DNA of 64,000 nucleotides from an uncultured Vicinamibacterales bacterium (GTDB lineage Bacteria; Acidobacteriota; Vicinamibacteria; Vicinamibacterales; JAKQTR01): NCBI GenBank assembly GCA_964396055.1, contig CAYNDV010000005.1, positions 772 to 64,771 of the forward strand, read 5' to 3'. Shown piece by piece: positions 45,236 to 53,806 of this stretch (position 1 is its first letter; each line of letters starts with the position of its first letter). The notes under the pieces were generated by a model. It saw only the letters and a program-made list of their open reading frames with translations, ran no database searches and was not told where the DNA came from. The position numbers and the translations under genes were made by a program.

Positions 45236-45996
45236 TCCGCGCGCTCATCGTGGATGACGAGCCGCTGGCCCGCGAACGCGTGCGTGCGCTGCTGGCGCCG
45301 CACGCGGACGTGCAGGTGTGCGGCGAAGCCGCCGACGGCCAGGCTGCGCTGGACGCGGTCGAGGCCAGTGCCCCGGATGTCGTGTTCCTCGACATCCAGA
45401 TGCCCGGTCTGAGTGGACTCGAGGTGGTGGAGGCCTGGCGTCGCGACGCCGGCCGCCCGCTGCCGGTCGTCGTGTTCGTGACGGCCTTCGACCAGTTCGC
45501 GCTTGACGCGTTCCGGCTGCACGCGATCGACTACCTGACGAAGCCCATCGACCCCGAACGTTTTGCGGAAGCCATGCGCCGCGTGCGCGATCTCCTTCGC
45601 CGGCCGGACCGGGGCGAGCTCGATCGGCGCATCGAGGCAATGCTCGAAACGCACGAGCGCCGCCGCGCCATCCGTACCCACCTCGTGGTGCGCGAACCCG
45701 GGCGCTACCTGCTGGTGCCGGTGTCGGAGGTGCAGTGCCTCGAGGCCACCGGCAACTACGTGCGCCTGCACGGCGCGCACGGCGGGCACCTGCTGAGGAG
45801 TACCCTGGCCGCCGTCGAGGCCCGGCTCGATCCCGGGCGCTTCCGCCGCGTCCATCGCTCGTGGATCGTCAATCTCGATCACGTGCGCGAGGCGCAGCCG
45901 TGGACGAAGGGCGGCTGGATCCTCCTCACGCGTGGCGGCTTCAGGGTACCCGTCGGGCAGCAGTACCACGGCGAGATCGCGAAGATCCTCGGGTAA
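45232..45996 (+). CDS. LytTR-family response regulator
   Basis: VDDEPLAR, FLDIQMP, FVTAFDQFA, DYLTKP, FRRVHRSWIVNL; ATGA overlap with the kinase. Confidence 0.93.
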   Translation: MIRALIVDDEPLARERVRALLAPHADVQVCGEAADGQAALDAVEASAPDVVFLDIQMPGLSGLEVVEAWRRDAGRPLPVVVFVTAFDQFALDAFRLHAIDYLTKPIDPERFAEAMRRVRDLLRRPDRGELDRRIEAMLETHERRRAIRTHLVVREPGRYLLVPVSEVQCLEATGNYVRLHGAHGGHLLRSTLAAVEARLDPGRFRRVHRSWIVNLDHVREAQPWTKGGWILLTRGGFRVPVGQQYHGEIAKILG

Positions 45997-46021
45997 GGCA
46001 GGCGGACCGCGGCGATCGTCG

Positions 46022-48685
46022 CTACTGGCGTGAGCCCGGCTCGTCCGGCGTCTGCTGCAGCAACTTGGCGACGAGGGCCGTCCAGCCGGTCTGATGGCTG
46101 GCCCCGAGGCCGGCCCCCGTGTCGCCGTGGAAGTACTCGTAGAACAGGATCAGGTCCCGCCAGTGCGGGTCGTGCTGCTGCCGATCGTCCCCGCCGTAGA
46201 CCGGCCGGCGCCCGGCCGCGTCCCGGAGGAAGATCGCCGACAACCGCTTCGACACCTCGGCCGCCACCTGCGCGAGCGTCATCCATCGGCCCGATCCGGT
46301 GGGGCACTCGACGGTGAACCCGTCGCCGAGGTGGTGGTGGAACTTCTGAAGGGCCTCGATGAGCAGGAAGTTGACGGGGAACCAGACAGGCCCGCGCCAG
46401 TTGGAGTTGCCGCCGAAGAGCGCCGTACTCGATTCCCCCGGGTCGTAGTCGACCCGGTATTCCTGACGCCCGACACGGAGCACGTACGGGCGCTCGAGGT
46501 GCACCCGCGAGAGAGCCCGGACGCCGTAGGGCGACAGGAACTCCCCTGTGTCGAGCATGATCGCGAGCACGCGGCGGAGCCGTTCGGGATCGACCACCGA
46601 CAACAGGTGGTGCTCGCCCCGGGCGTCATCCTGACGGGACATCACGCCACCGGTGAGGTCCTTCCGATGGTCGAGGAACCACTGCATCCGGCGGCGGAAC
46701 TCGGGAAAACGATCGAGTCGCTCCTGATCGAGGACCTCGACGGCACACAGCGGAATGAGCCCGACCATCGACCGCACCTTCAGGGGAAGATGTCTGCCGT
46801 CAGGCAGGTGCAGCACGTCGTAGAAGAATCCGTCTTCCTCGTCCCAGAGGTTGAGGCCGTCGTGCCGGCCCCGGTGGCTCATGGCGTGGGCGATGAAGAG
46901 GAAGTGCTCCCAGAACTTGCTGGCCATGTCCTCGTACGCCGGGTTGCCCTCGGCGAGTTCCAGGGCAATGGCGAACATGTTGAGGGCGTACATCGCCATC
47001 CAGCTCGTGCCGTCCGACTGTTCGATGTGCCCGCCGGTGGGCAACTCGGCGCTGCGATCGAAGACGCCGATGTTGTCCAGGCCGAGGAAACCTCCCTGGA
47101 AGAGGTTGTGCCCCTCGGTGTCCTTGCGGTTGACCCACCAGGTGAAGTTGAGCAGGAGCTTCTGGAACACCCGCTCGAGAAACACGCGGTCGCCCACACC
47201 CCGGCGGCGTTTCTCGATCTTGTAGACCCGCCATGCCGCCCACGCGTGCACCGGGGGATTGACGTCGCCCAGCGCCCATTCGTAGGCGGGCAACTGGCCG
47301 TTGGGGTGCATGTACCATTCGCGCAGCATCAGCACGAGCTGGTCCTTGGCGAACTCCGGGTCCACGAGGGCCAGGGGCACGGCATGAAACGCCAGATCCC
47401 ATGCCGCGTACCAGGGGTACTCCCACGTGTCGGGCATGGAAATGACGTCCGCATTGAACAGGTGCGCCCACTCGCGATTCCGGCCGCGTCTGCGCTGGAG
47501 CGGCGGGCGTGGCTGGGCCGGATCCCCGTCGAGCCAGTCCCGGACAACGTAGTGATAGAACTGCTTCGACCACAGCAATCCGGCCAGCGCCTGCCGCATG
47601 ATGCGGGCGCCGTCCTCCGACTCCGCGTCGGGAATGATGACCCCGTAGAACTCGTCGGCCTCCCGCCGCCTCGCCGCCACGATGCCGTCGAAGTCGGTCC
47701 CGAACGGATCGACGTCCGGATCGCCGCGGCGGTCCGTCAGCCGGAGCCGGATCACCGCGCGCTGGCCGGGCTCGACGACCAGCCGATAGTGGGCGGCGCC
47801 CCTGGTGCCCTCGAGCGCCGGGTTCACCGCATCGGCCTGCCCCCGCACCACGGCATCGTTGATCCCGTCCTTCGCATGGCGGGGACCGGGCACACCGAAC
47901 AGTCTGGCGGTGTTGGTCTCGTTCTCCGTCACGAGCAGACGCGGAGCCCCCTGGCAGTGCAGCCAGCGTCGGCCTGAGGTGGACTCGTCCAGTTCGAACG
48001 TCGCGTGCGCCGCCCCCGCCGACGCCCGCAGCACCGGCCGCTCCGGCGAGCGTCCCCACGACCAGGTGTTCCGGAACCACACCGTCGGCAGCAGGTGAAT
48101 CGGGTGCGGCTCGGGGCCTCGGTTCGTGGCGGCGATTTCAATCAGCACATCCTCAGGATCGTTCTTGGCGTAGGTCACCTCGACGTCAAAGTACCGGTCC
48201 TCGTCGAAGACACCCGTGTCCATCAACTCGAATTCCGGGTCGCGGCGCGTGCGTGCGCGATTCTCCCGGACGAGCCGCTCGTAGGGGAACGCGGCCTGCG
48301 GGTACTTGTAGAGGAACCGCATGAACGAGTGCGTCGGCGTGGAATCGAGGTAGTAGTAATACTCCTTGACGTCCTCGCCGTGGTTCCCCTCGTTGCCGGT
48401 CAGGCCGAACAACCGCTCCTTCAGGATGGGGTCGCGTTCGTTCCAGAGGGCCAGCGCGAAGCAGATGCGCTGGTGCCGGTCGCAGATGCCGCCGAGGCCG
48501 TCTTCGTTCCAGCGGTACGCCCGCGACCGGGCGTGGTCGTGGGGCAGGTACTCCCAGGCACTGCCGTTCGGGCTGTAGTCCTCGCGCACGGTGCCCCAGG
48601 CGCGATCGCTGAGGTACGGCCCCCAGCGCTTCCAGTGGCGCCGCCGCTCGCGGTCTTCGTCGAGCCGGAGGTGTTCGGCAGTCAT
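46022..48685 (-). CDS. GH63 / MGH1-like glycoside hydrolase
   Basis: [62 protein letters not shown]. Confidence 0.9.
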   Translation of the reverse strand: MTAEHLRLDEDRERRRHWKRWGPYLSDRAWGTVREDYSPNGSAWEYLPHDHARSRAYRWNEDGLGGICDRHQRICFALALWNERDPILKERLFGLTGNEGNHGEDVKEYYYYLDSTPTHSFMRFLYKYPQAAFPYERLVRENRARTRRDPEFELMDTGVFDEDRYFDVEVTYAKNDPEDVLIEIAATNRGPEPHPIHLLPTVWFRNTWSWGRSPERPVLRASAGAAHATFELDESTSGRRWLHCQGAPRLLVTENETNTARLFGVPGPRHAKDGINDAVVRGQADAVNPALEGTRGAAHYRLVVEPGQRAVIRLRLTDRRGDPDVDPFGTDFDGIVAARRREADEFYGVIIPDAESEDGARIMRQALAGLLWSKQFYHYVVRDWLDGDPAQPRPPLQRRRGRNREWAHLFNADVISMPDTWEYPWYAAWDLAFHAVPLALVDPEFAKDQLVLMLREWYMHPNGQLPAYEWALGDVNPPVHAWAAWRVYKIEKRRRGVGDRVFLERVFQKLLLNFTWWVNRKDTEGHNLFQGGFLGLDNIGVFDRSAELPTGGHIEQSDGTSWMAMYALNMFAIALELAEGNPAYEDMASKFWEHFLFIAHAMSHRGRHDGLNLWDEEDGFFYDVLHLPDGRHLPLKVRSMVGLIPLCAVEVLDQERLDRFPEFRRRMQWFLDHRKDLTGGVMSRQDDARGEHHLLSVVDPERLRRVLAIMLDTGEFLSPYGVRALSRVHLERPYVLRVGRQEYRVDYDPGESSTALFGGNSNWRGPVWFPVNFLLIEALQKFHHHLGDGFTVECPTGSGRWMTLAQVAAEVSKRLSAIFLRDAAGRRPVYGGDDRQQHDPHWRDLILFYEYFHGDTGAGLGASHQTGWTALVAKLLQQTPDEPGSRQ

Positions 48686-48699
48686 GCGCTAACCGGGCG

Positions 48700-49632
48700 T
48701 CATCGTCCGGACCGGACAGGGGCTTTCATGATTTCGAAGCACAGCTGAGGGCTGGTGTCTTCGATGCCCGTCAGGAGGTAGACGACCTTGCCCGCATCCG
48801 AGGCGTCGATGGCGTAGTAGTTCTCCGCCCCGGACACCGGCTTGATGCTCATGCAGAGCCGGTTGAACAGCCACAGCCAGCTGCCGCTGGCGTACGCCGG
48901 GTGATCGCGCTCCGGTGCGGTCCTGAGCCACGCGTACTCGTGCCAGTTGCGCATCAGCCGGGGATTCTGGTTCCGGATCGACACGATGCGCAGCCCGCCT
49001 CCGGCCTCGCTGCCGAACTGCTGCTGCATCTCCGGCATGGTCCAGCCGGTGTGGTGCTCCCACTTCTCGTAAGGGGCGTCTGCGTGGGTGTCGTTCCAGC
49101 AGTTCAGCATCGTGATGACCGTCACGAACCGCCGCCGGTCGGGGCGGGCCCTCGACACGGCTTCGCCGATGACGTGCACGGGCCCGGCGGCCACGATGAA
49201 CAGCGGATCGTCAGCCGAGGAACGGTTGACTTCGTCCCTCAGCGCCTCGTAGGCGGTTTCCGGATCGTCGACGGCCGCGATGAACCTGGTGTGCGTGAAG
49301 CCGAACAGCCGGCCGCCCGTCAGGGCGCTCTCTCTCATCTGCTCGTACGGCGTCACGCCGTTGACGCCCGGGTGTTCGACGTTGCTGCCCCAGACGTGGT
49401 CGGCGTAGATGTACAGGGGCACCCGGTCCTGCAGCCCGCGCGCCGCGAGGATCGCGAGCGACAGGGGCGTGGCGGCCCAGTCATCGTGGTCGTGTTCGTT
49501 GCCGTCGGCGCTGACCACAATCCGCCCGCTGCCCTGCCACAACGGCGTCTGGGCACGAACGACCGCCGGGAACGTAATCAGGACGACGGCAACCCAACAG
49601 ACGACGCCAGTTGAACGGAACAATCGACTCAT
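48700..49632 (-). CDS. Secreted hypothetical protein, possibly nucleoside-hydrolase-like fold
   Basis: Signal peptide; early acidic motif SADGNEHDHDD; AAGP motif. Confidence 0.55.
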   Translation of the reverse strand: MSRLFRSTGVVCWVAVVLITFPAVVRAQTPLWQGSGRIVVSADGNEHDHDDWAATPLSLAILAARGLQDRVPLYIYADHVWGSNVEHPGVNGVTPYEQMRESALTGGRLFGFTHTRFIAAVDDPETAYEALRDEVNRSSADDPLFIVAAGPVHVIGEAVSRARPDRRRFVTVITMLNCWNDTHADAPYEKWEHHTGWTMPEMQQQFGSEAGGGLRIVSIRNQNPRLMRNWHEYAWLRTAPERDHPAYASGSWLWLFNRLCMSIKPVSGAENYYAIDASDAGKVVYLLTGIEDTSPQLCFEIMKAPVRSGR

Positions 49633-49689
49633 GGTCCCCGCCCTTGGACAACGTCACGGACCACCAGTATACGGGCAGCCGCCCCTGGG

Positions 49690-50982
49690 TCACGGGGCCT
49701 GGTGGCCGGACCTGGCGGTCTCGGTAATCAGCCGCGCGGAGCGGTTCCGCGTGACGTAACTCCAGGCCCACTGCAGCAGGACCGACAGACGGTTCTCGAA
49801 TTCGACGAGATACATCAGGTGGACGAACAGCCAGGTCAGCCACGCCGTGGCACCGTGCAGCCGCAGCCTGCCAATCTGTGCCACCGCCGCCGAGCGGCCG
49901 ATCACCGCCATGCTTCCGCGATCCCGGTACCGGAATGGTGGCACGTCCTCGCCGCGCAGCCGCCGGGTGATACGCCGCGCCGCGTACGCGCCTTGCTGCA
50001 TGGCCACCGGCGCGACCCCCGGCAGCGGACTTCCCTCGGCGTGCCGCGAGTGGGCCAGGTCGCCGAGCACGAGGATCTCGGGGTGGCCCGGCACGCTGAG
50101 GTCGGGGCCGACGATCACGCGACCGTGCCGATCGAGTTCCGCGCCGGCGGCCGCAGCCACCACCCGCCCCAGCGGTGAGGCCTGCACGCCGGCGGCCCAG
50201 ACCACCGTCCGGACCGCGATGGTCTCGGACTCCTGCCCATGTCGAACCGTCAGACGTCCCGATTGGATGTCCGTCACCACCGCATGCGTCCGGACCGTGA
50301 CGCCGAGCCGTTCGAGCGATGCGGCGGCGGCACTCGACAACGCCTCGTCGTACGTGGCGAGCAGGCGCCCGGTGGCTTCGATCAGCGTGACACACGCCTG
50401 CCTGGTGTCGATGCGGCAGAAATCCCGCGGCAGTGTGTGCTGGGCCAGTTCGCCGATGGCGCCCGCCAGTTCGACGCCCGTCGGGCCGCCGCCGATGACG
50501 GCGAACGTCATCCACTCCCGCTGCCGCGCCGCATCGGGTTCCCGTTCGGCCCGCTCGAACGCCTCGAACACGCGCCGCCGAATCTCGGTGGCATCCTCGA
50601 TGGACTTCAGGCCGGGAGCCAGCGGCTCCCAGTCCGGACGGCCGAAGTAGTGATGACTGGCACCGGTCGCCAGGATCAGGCTGTCGTACCCGATGCTCGA
50701 GGCGCCCATCCACACCCGACTCCCCTCGGCGTCGATGCCGGTGACTTCCGCCTGGAGGACGCACACGTTCCGCTGCCGCCGGAGGACCGATCGCAACGGC
50801 GACGCGATGTCCGCCGGCGACAAGCCTCCGGTGGCCACCTGGTACAACAGCGGCTGGAACAGGTGGAAGTTCCGTCGATCGATCAGCGTGACCCGGACCG
50901 GCGAGCGCCGCAGGGATTTCGCCGCGTACAGCCCGGCAAACCCGCCGCCGACGATCACCACGTGATGGGCTTCGCGAGTCAT
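49690..50982 (-). CDS. ndh: Type II NADH:quinone oxidoreductase
   Basis: VIVGGGFAGL, FQPLLYQVATG, IGGGPTGVELAG, LPGVAPVAMQQG, WLFVHLMYL. Confidence 0.92.
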   Translation of the reverse strand: MTREAHHVVIVGGGFAGLYAAKSLRRSPVRVTLIDRRNFHLFQPLLYQVATGGLSPADIASPLRSVLRRQRNVCVLQAEVTGIDAEGSRVWMGASSIGYDSLILATGASHHYFGRPDWEPLAPGLKSIEDATEIRRRVFEAFERAEREPDAARQREWMTFAVIGGGPTGVELAGAIGELAQHTLPRDFCRIDTRQACVTLIEATGRLLATYDEALSSAAAASLERLGVTVRTHAVVTDIQSGRLTVRHGQESETIAVRTVVWAAGVQASPLGRVVAAAAGAELDRHGRVIVGPDLSVPGHPEILVLGDLAHSRHAEGSPLPGVAPVAMQQGAYAARRITRRLRGEDVPPFRYRDRGSMAVIGRSAAVAQIGRLRLHGATAWLTWLFVHLMYLVEFENRLSVLLQWAWSYVTRNRSARLITETARSGHQAP

Positions 50983-51181
50983 CCAGGATGCCTCTCGGAG
51001 GGTGCCTGTCAGCGCCAGTCAGGCCTCCCTGGACTGGACCGCGCACGTGTTTGACGAACAGCAGCCGAATCGTTCTTCTGCCTCTTCGGTATGACGCGCG
51101 CACGCAGGCTGAGGTGCCGGGAACACCGATCAGCCGACGCCCCCGGAGCGCGTTCGCCAGCAGGCCGGCAGCCTGCGGCCC

Positions 51182-51772
51182 TCACCGCCTGGTTGACCTG
51201 TTCGCCCGGTCCCATTCCCGTTCGAACAGCGGGATGAGGTCGCTCTGGCCGAGGGCCTGCTCCAGCATCGCCAGGACGGCGCGAACCTGGTCGACGAGCG
51301 CGCGGTCGCCGCGTTCGGCCAGCACGCCCTGGATGTCTTCGATGTCCTTTGCGCGGCCGGCGAGCACCTTCGTCACGAGGAGATCCGCCGGACTGATGAC
51401 GGGAACGGGTGTGCCTCCGATCTCGACGATGACGGCGCGGGACGCGAACGCCTCTTCGAGTCCGGGGCCGGCCATGACGACATCGACAGGCAAACCCGTC
51501 GGGGTGTGAAGTACGGGCAGCACGCGCGTCTGTTCGATGAACGTCGGCGTCGCCGCCACGCGGGGGTGGAAGGCCGCCTTCTGCAGCTCGGCCAGAAGGT
51601 GCCCCACCCCCATCCGGCCGAGGCACACGGTCACGTCGACGTCAGTCGTCATCCGGGGCCGGCCCCAGATCAGCGCCGCCTGGGCGCCGAAGACATACCA
51701 CCTGACGGACAGGCGGTCGAGCGCCCGCGCCAGATCGGCGAGGAGTCTAGCGGGGCTGGACGACGACGGCAC
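51182..51772 (-). CDS. AbiEii/MenT1-like nucleotidyltransferase toxin
   Basis: RWYVFGAQAA...RPRMTTDVD, VDVV, LLVTKVLAGRAKDIED; 196 aa from GTG 51772; overlaps the upstream small gene by 26 nt. Confidence 0.75.
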   Translation of the reverse strand: MPSSSSPARLLADLARALDRLSVRWYVFGAQAALIWGRPRMTTDVDVTVCLGRMGVGHLLAELQKAAFHPRVAATPTFIEQTRVLPVLHTPTGLPVDVVMAGPGLEEAFASRAVIVEIGGTPVPVISPADLLVTKVLAGRAKDIEDIQGVLAERGDRALVDQVRAVLAMLEQALGQSDLIPLFEREWDRANRSTRR

Positions 51773-51998
51773 GCAGGGCCTCCGACACGCGTACGTGAAC
51801 CGCATGGTCGTCCGCGCGGTCGTCGGCGGAGGGCCAGTCGGGCCTGACCGACATGGCGTGGCGGCGCAGGCCGTCCGCCAGTTCGAGCATGTCCGCGACG
51901 GACATTCCGCGCTTCATCTCGATCCAGGCGTCGGTCTTGGCCTCCGAGACCAGGGCCCAGTTGCGGCGGGCAAACGCCTTCAGGTCGGCGGGATCCAC
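51747..51998 (-). CDS. Small helical protein, putative antitoxin
   Basis: 83 aa from GTG 51998 (MDPADLKAFARRNW...RPDWPS...), preceded by its own extended -10 and coupled to the NTase gene. Confidence 0.6.
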   Translation of the reverse strand: MDPADLKAFARRNWALVSEAKTDAWIEMKRGMSVADMLELADGLRRHAMSVRPDWPSADDRADDHAVHVRVSEALRAVVVQPR

Positions 51999-52004
51999 GG
52001 CGTG

Positions 52005-52013
52005 ATTGTAGCA
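52005..52013 (-). promoter_or_regulatory. Extended -10 TGcTACAAT, 6 nt before GTG 51998 (leaderless TA promoter)
   Basis: Minus strand reads tgctacaat-cacgcc-GTG with no Shine-Dalgarno. Confidence 0.6.
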
Positions 52014-52121
52014 CTGCGCCGGCTGCGGCCCCGGATGGCGCGAACCCCCTGACGCAGTGCCGGGGCTTGGCCGGCGGCGTCGACCACGACCCTGCTGTGA
52101 TGAGCGGGCACTGTCCGGGCA

Positions 52122-52373
52122 GAAGTGCCGCAGACCGAAGGCACGGCCGGAGCCGGTCTTGAGATAGCGTTCGAACCGCGCAGCGGTCTTCTCATCGACG
52201 AAATTCAGGGACACGAGCACCCGCCAGGACTTGGCACGCGCCGTGTGGACGTTCAGGCCGGCGTTGTGCCCCGCCACACGTCGCGCCAAGTCGGACGTGA
52301 GGCCGACGTAGTGCTTCGACGAGTCGGTCTCGCTGCGAAGGACGTAGACGATAGTCTTGGGTAGGCCGGGCAT
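52122..52373 (-). CDS. Small GIY-YIG nuclease (UPF0213-like core); no stop of its own, reads in frame to 51747
   Basis: IVYVLRS...HYVGLTSDLARRVAGHNAG...FERYLKTGSGRAFGLRHF; the next codon is TGC (52121-52119). Confidence 0.8.
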
Positions 52374-52505
52374 GGCCACACCAGTTGCAGCTACTGGGCC
52401 AGGCAGCGAGGCTTCGGATTACTCAGCAACCGGTGGTCGTTCGACACAGAGATCGCAGGAACGGCACTGCGGGAGGGGGTCCGACAGTGGCAGAAACTGC
52501 GGTCC

Positions 52506-52623
52506 GCCTTCGCCCGCCGTCGCTCGCTCCGCGAGCTCTGGCGCGGCTTCGGCGAGACAGCCTTCGCGTGTGGTGCGGCTTCGGCTGGCTTGCCTAGCCG
52601 AAGCCACCGATGGTGGCGAAGGC
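52506..52623. repeat. Inverted pair of REP-like palindromic units abutting the tRNA 3' end
   Basis: Unit A (+, 52506-52562): GCCTTCGCC-hairpin-GGCTTCGGCGAGACAGCC. Unit B (-, 52623-52587): GCCTTCGCC-hairpin-GGCTTCGGCTAGGCAAGCC. Confidence 0.75.
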
Positions 52624-52714
52624 TGGCGGAGAGGGGGGGATTCGAACCCCCGTGCCGCTTACGCGACAAGACGCTTTCGAGGCGCCCCCGTTACGACCAC
52701 TTCGGTACCTCTCC
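52624..52714 (-). tRNA. tRNA-Ser: tRNA-Ser(CGA)
   Basis: GGAGAGG acceptor pairing with CCTCTCC-G-CCA; anticodon arm GGCGC-CT-CGA-AA-GCGTC; long variable arm; GGTTCGAATCC T-loop; encoded CCA. Confidence 0.96.
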
Positions 52715-52729
52715 GCTCTCGGACTTCTC

Positions 52730-52738
52730 ATTATGACA
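52730..52738 (-). promoter_or_regulatory. Extended -10 (TGtCATAAT) for tRNA-Ser
   Basis: 15 nt upstream of the mature tRNA 5' end. Confidence 0.5.
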
Positions 52739-52871
52739 GAGCCCCGAGGCGCGAGGCTAGTGGCACGTGTCACGCCCCCGGGAACCCGGCCCCGGCACCG
52801 CGCGCACGACGATCCGGGAGCCCATCAGGGCCGCACGTGCGCGGACAGTGACGCGCGGCGGCGCCTGGCGG

Positions 52872-53630
52872 CTAGAACCGCACCACCAGGCCCGCGGCGG
52901 CGTAGTGCACCAGCGCGAAGGTGTAGACCTCGTCGTTGTCGGCGCCGCCCTCGAGCAGCCGGTACCCGGCCTTGACGGACCAGTTGCGGCCGCCATGGAT
53001 GAGCAGGCCGGCGAAGATGTCCTCGGCGCGGCCCTGGGGCGCGGCCAGCGCGTCGCCCTCGAGCAGCAGCGAGGCGCGGGCGCCAAGACGGCGTTCCACC
53101 AGGAAGTTGACCAGCGGCACCACGCCCACGTTCGTCTTCTCGGCCATCGTGCCGCCCGCCGTGAGACGGGTGATCGCGTCGCGCACCTTCAGGGTGGCGC
53201 CGAACCCGACCCGCCAGGCATCGGTCTGCACGGGCTCGTACCGATAGGTGAGCCGGTAGGAGTTGAACACGTAGAGGCCGTCGGTCGGCACGCCGGCATC
53301 GAACGTGCTGCCGGCGAACGAGACGGGCTCATCGAAGGTGCCTGACGCGCGGATCTCCAGCGGCGCCACCAGGGCCGACAGCACGTGCCGGGGCGCCAGC
53401 CGCACGTCCGCCCGGAAGCGCCAGAAGAACGCCGTGTCGGACGAGAGATCGTCCGTGAGCGAGAACAGGGTGCCCGTATCGCCCGGAATCCGGACGTTGT
53501 TGTAGCCGGAAATGGCCGCCCCGCTCTCGATGTCGGCACGCCAGCGCTCCTGGGCGCCTGCCGGTTGCGCCGCTGCCATTCCCGCCACCGCTGCCAGCAA
53601 CCCCATCACGACACGCGTCTTCATGTGCAT
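52872..53630 (-). CDS. Small outer-membrane beta-barrel protein
   Basis: Signal peptide (start at ATG 53630 or 53624), amphipathic strands, ends YAAAGLVVRF. Confidence 0.7.
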   Translation of the reverse strand: MHMKTRVVMGLLAAVAGMAAAQPAGAQERWRADIESGAAISGYNNVRIPGDTGTLFSLTDDLSSDTAFFWRFRADVRLAPRHVLSALVAPLEIRASGTFDEPVSFAGSTFDAGVPTDGLYVFNSYRLTYRYEPVQTDAWRVGFGATLKVRDAITRLTAGGTMAEKTNVGVVPLVNFLVERRLGARASLLLEGDALAAPQGRAEDIFAGLLIHGGRNWSVKAGYRLLEGGADNDEVYTFALVHYAAAGLVVRF

Positions 53631-53806
53631 CCCCCACCGTTTAGGACGCCGGTGCCGCCGGGGCCGTTCCCGGCCGGGGCACCCCACCCGCCCCTGTCAA
53701 TCCGTGTCACGCTGGGGCACAATCATGCGGCGCGGGCCCCCGGTCAGGCGTGGTGGCCTCAGTCCCCGGCGTCCGATGACGCGGGCCGCGCATCCGGGAG
53801 GACATC

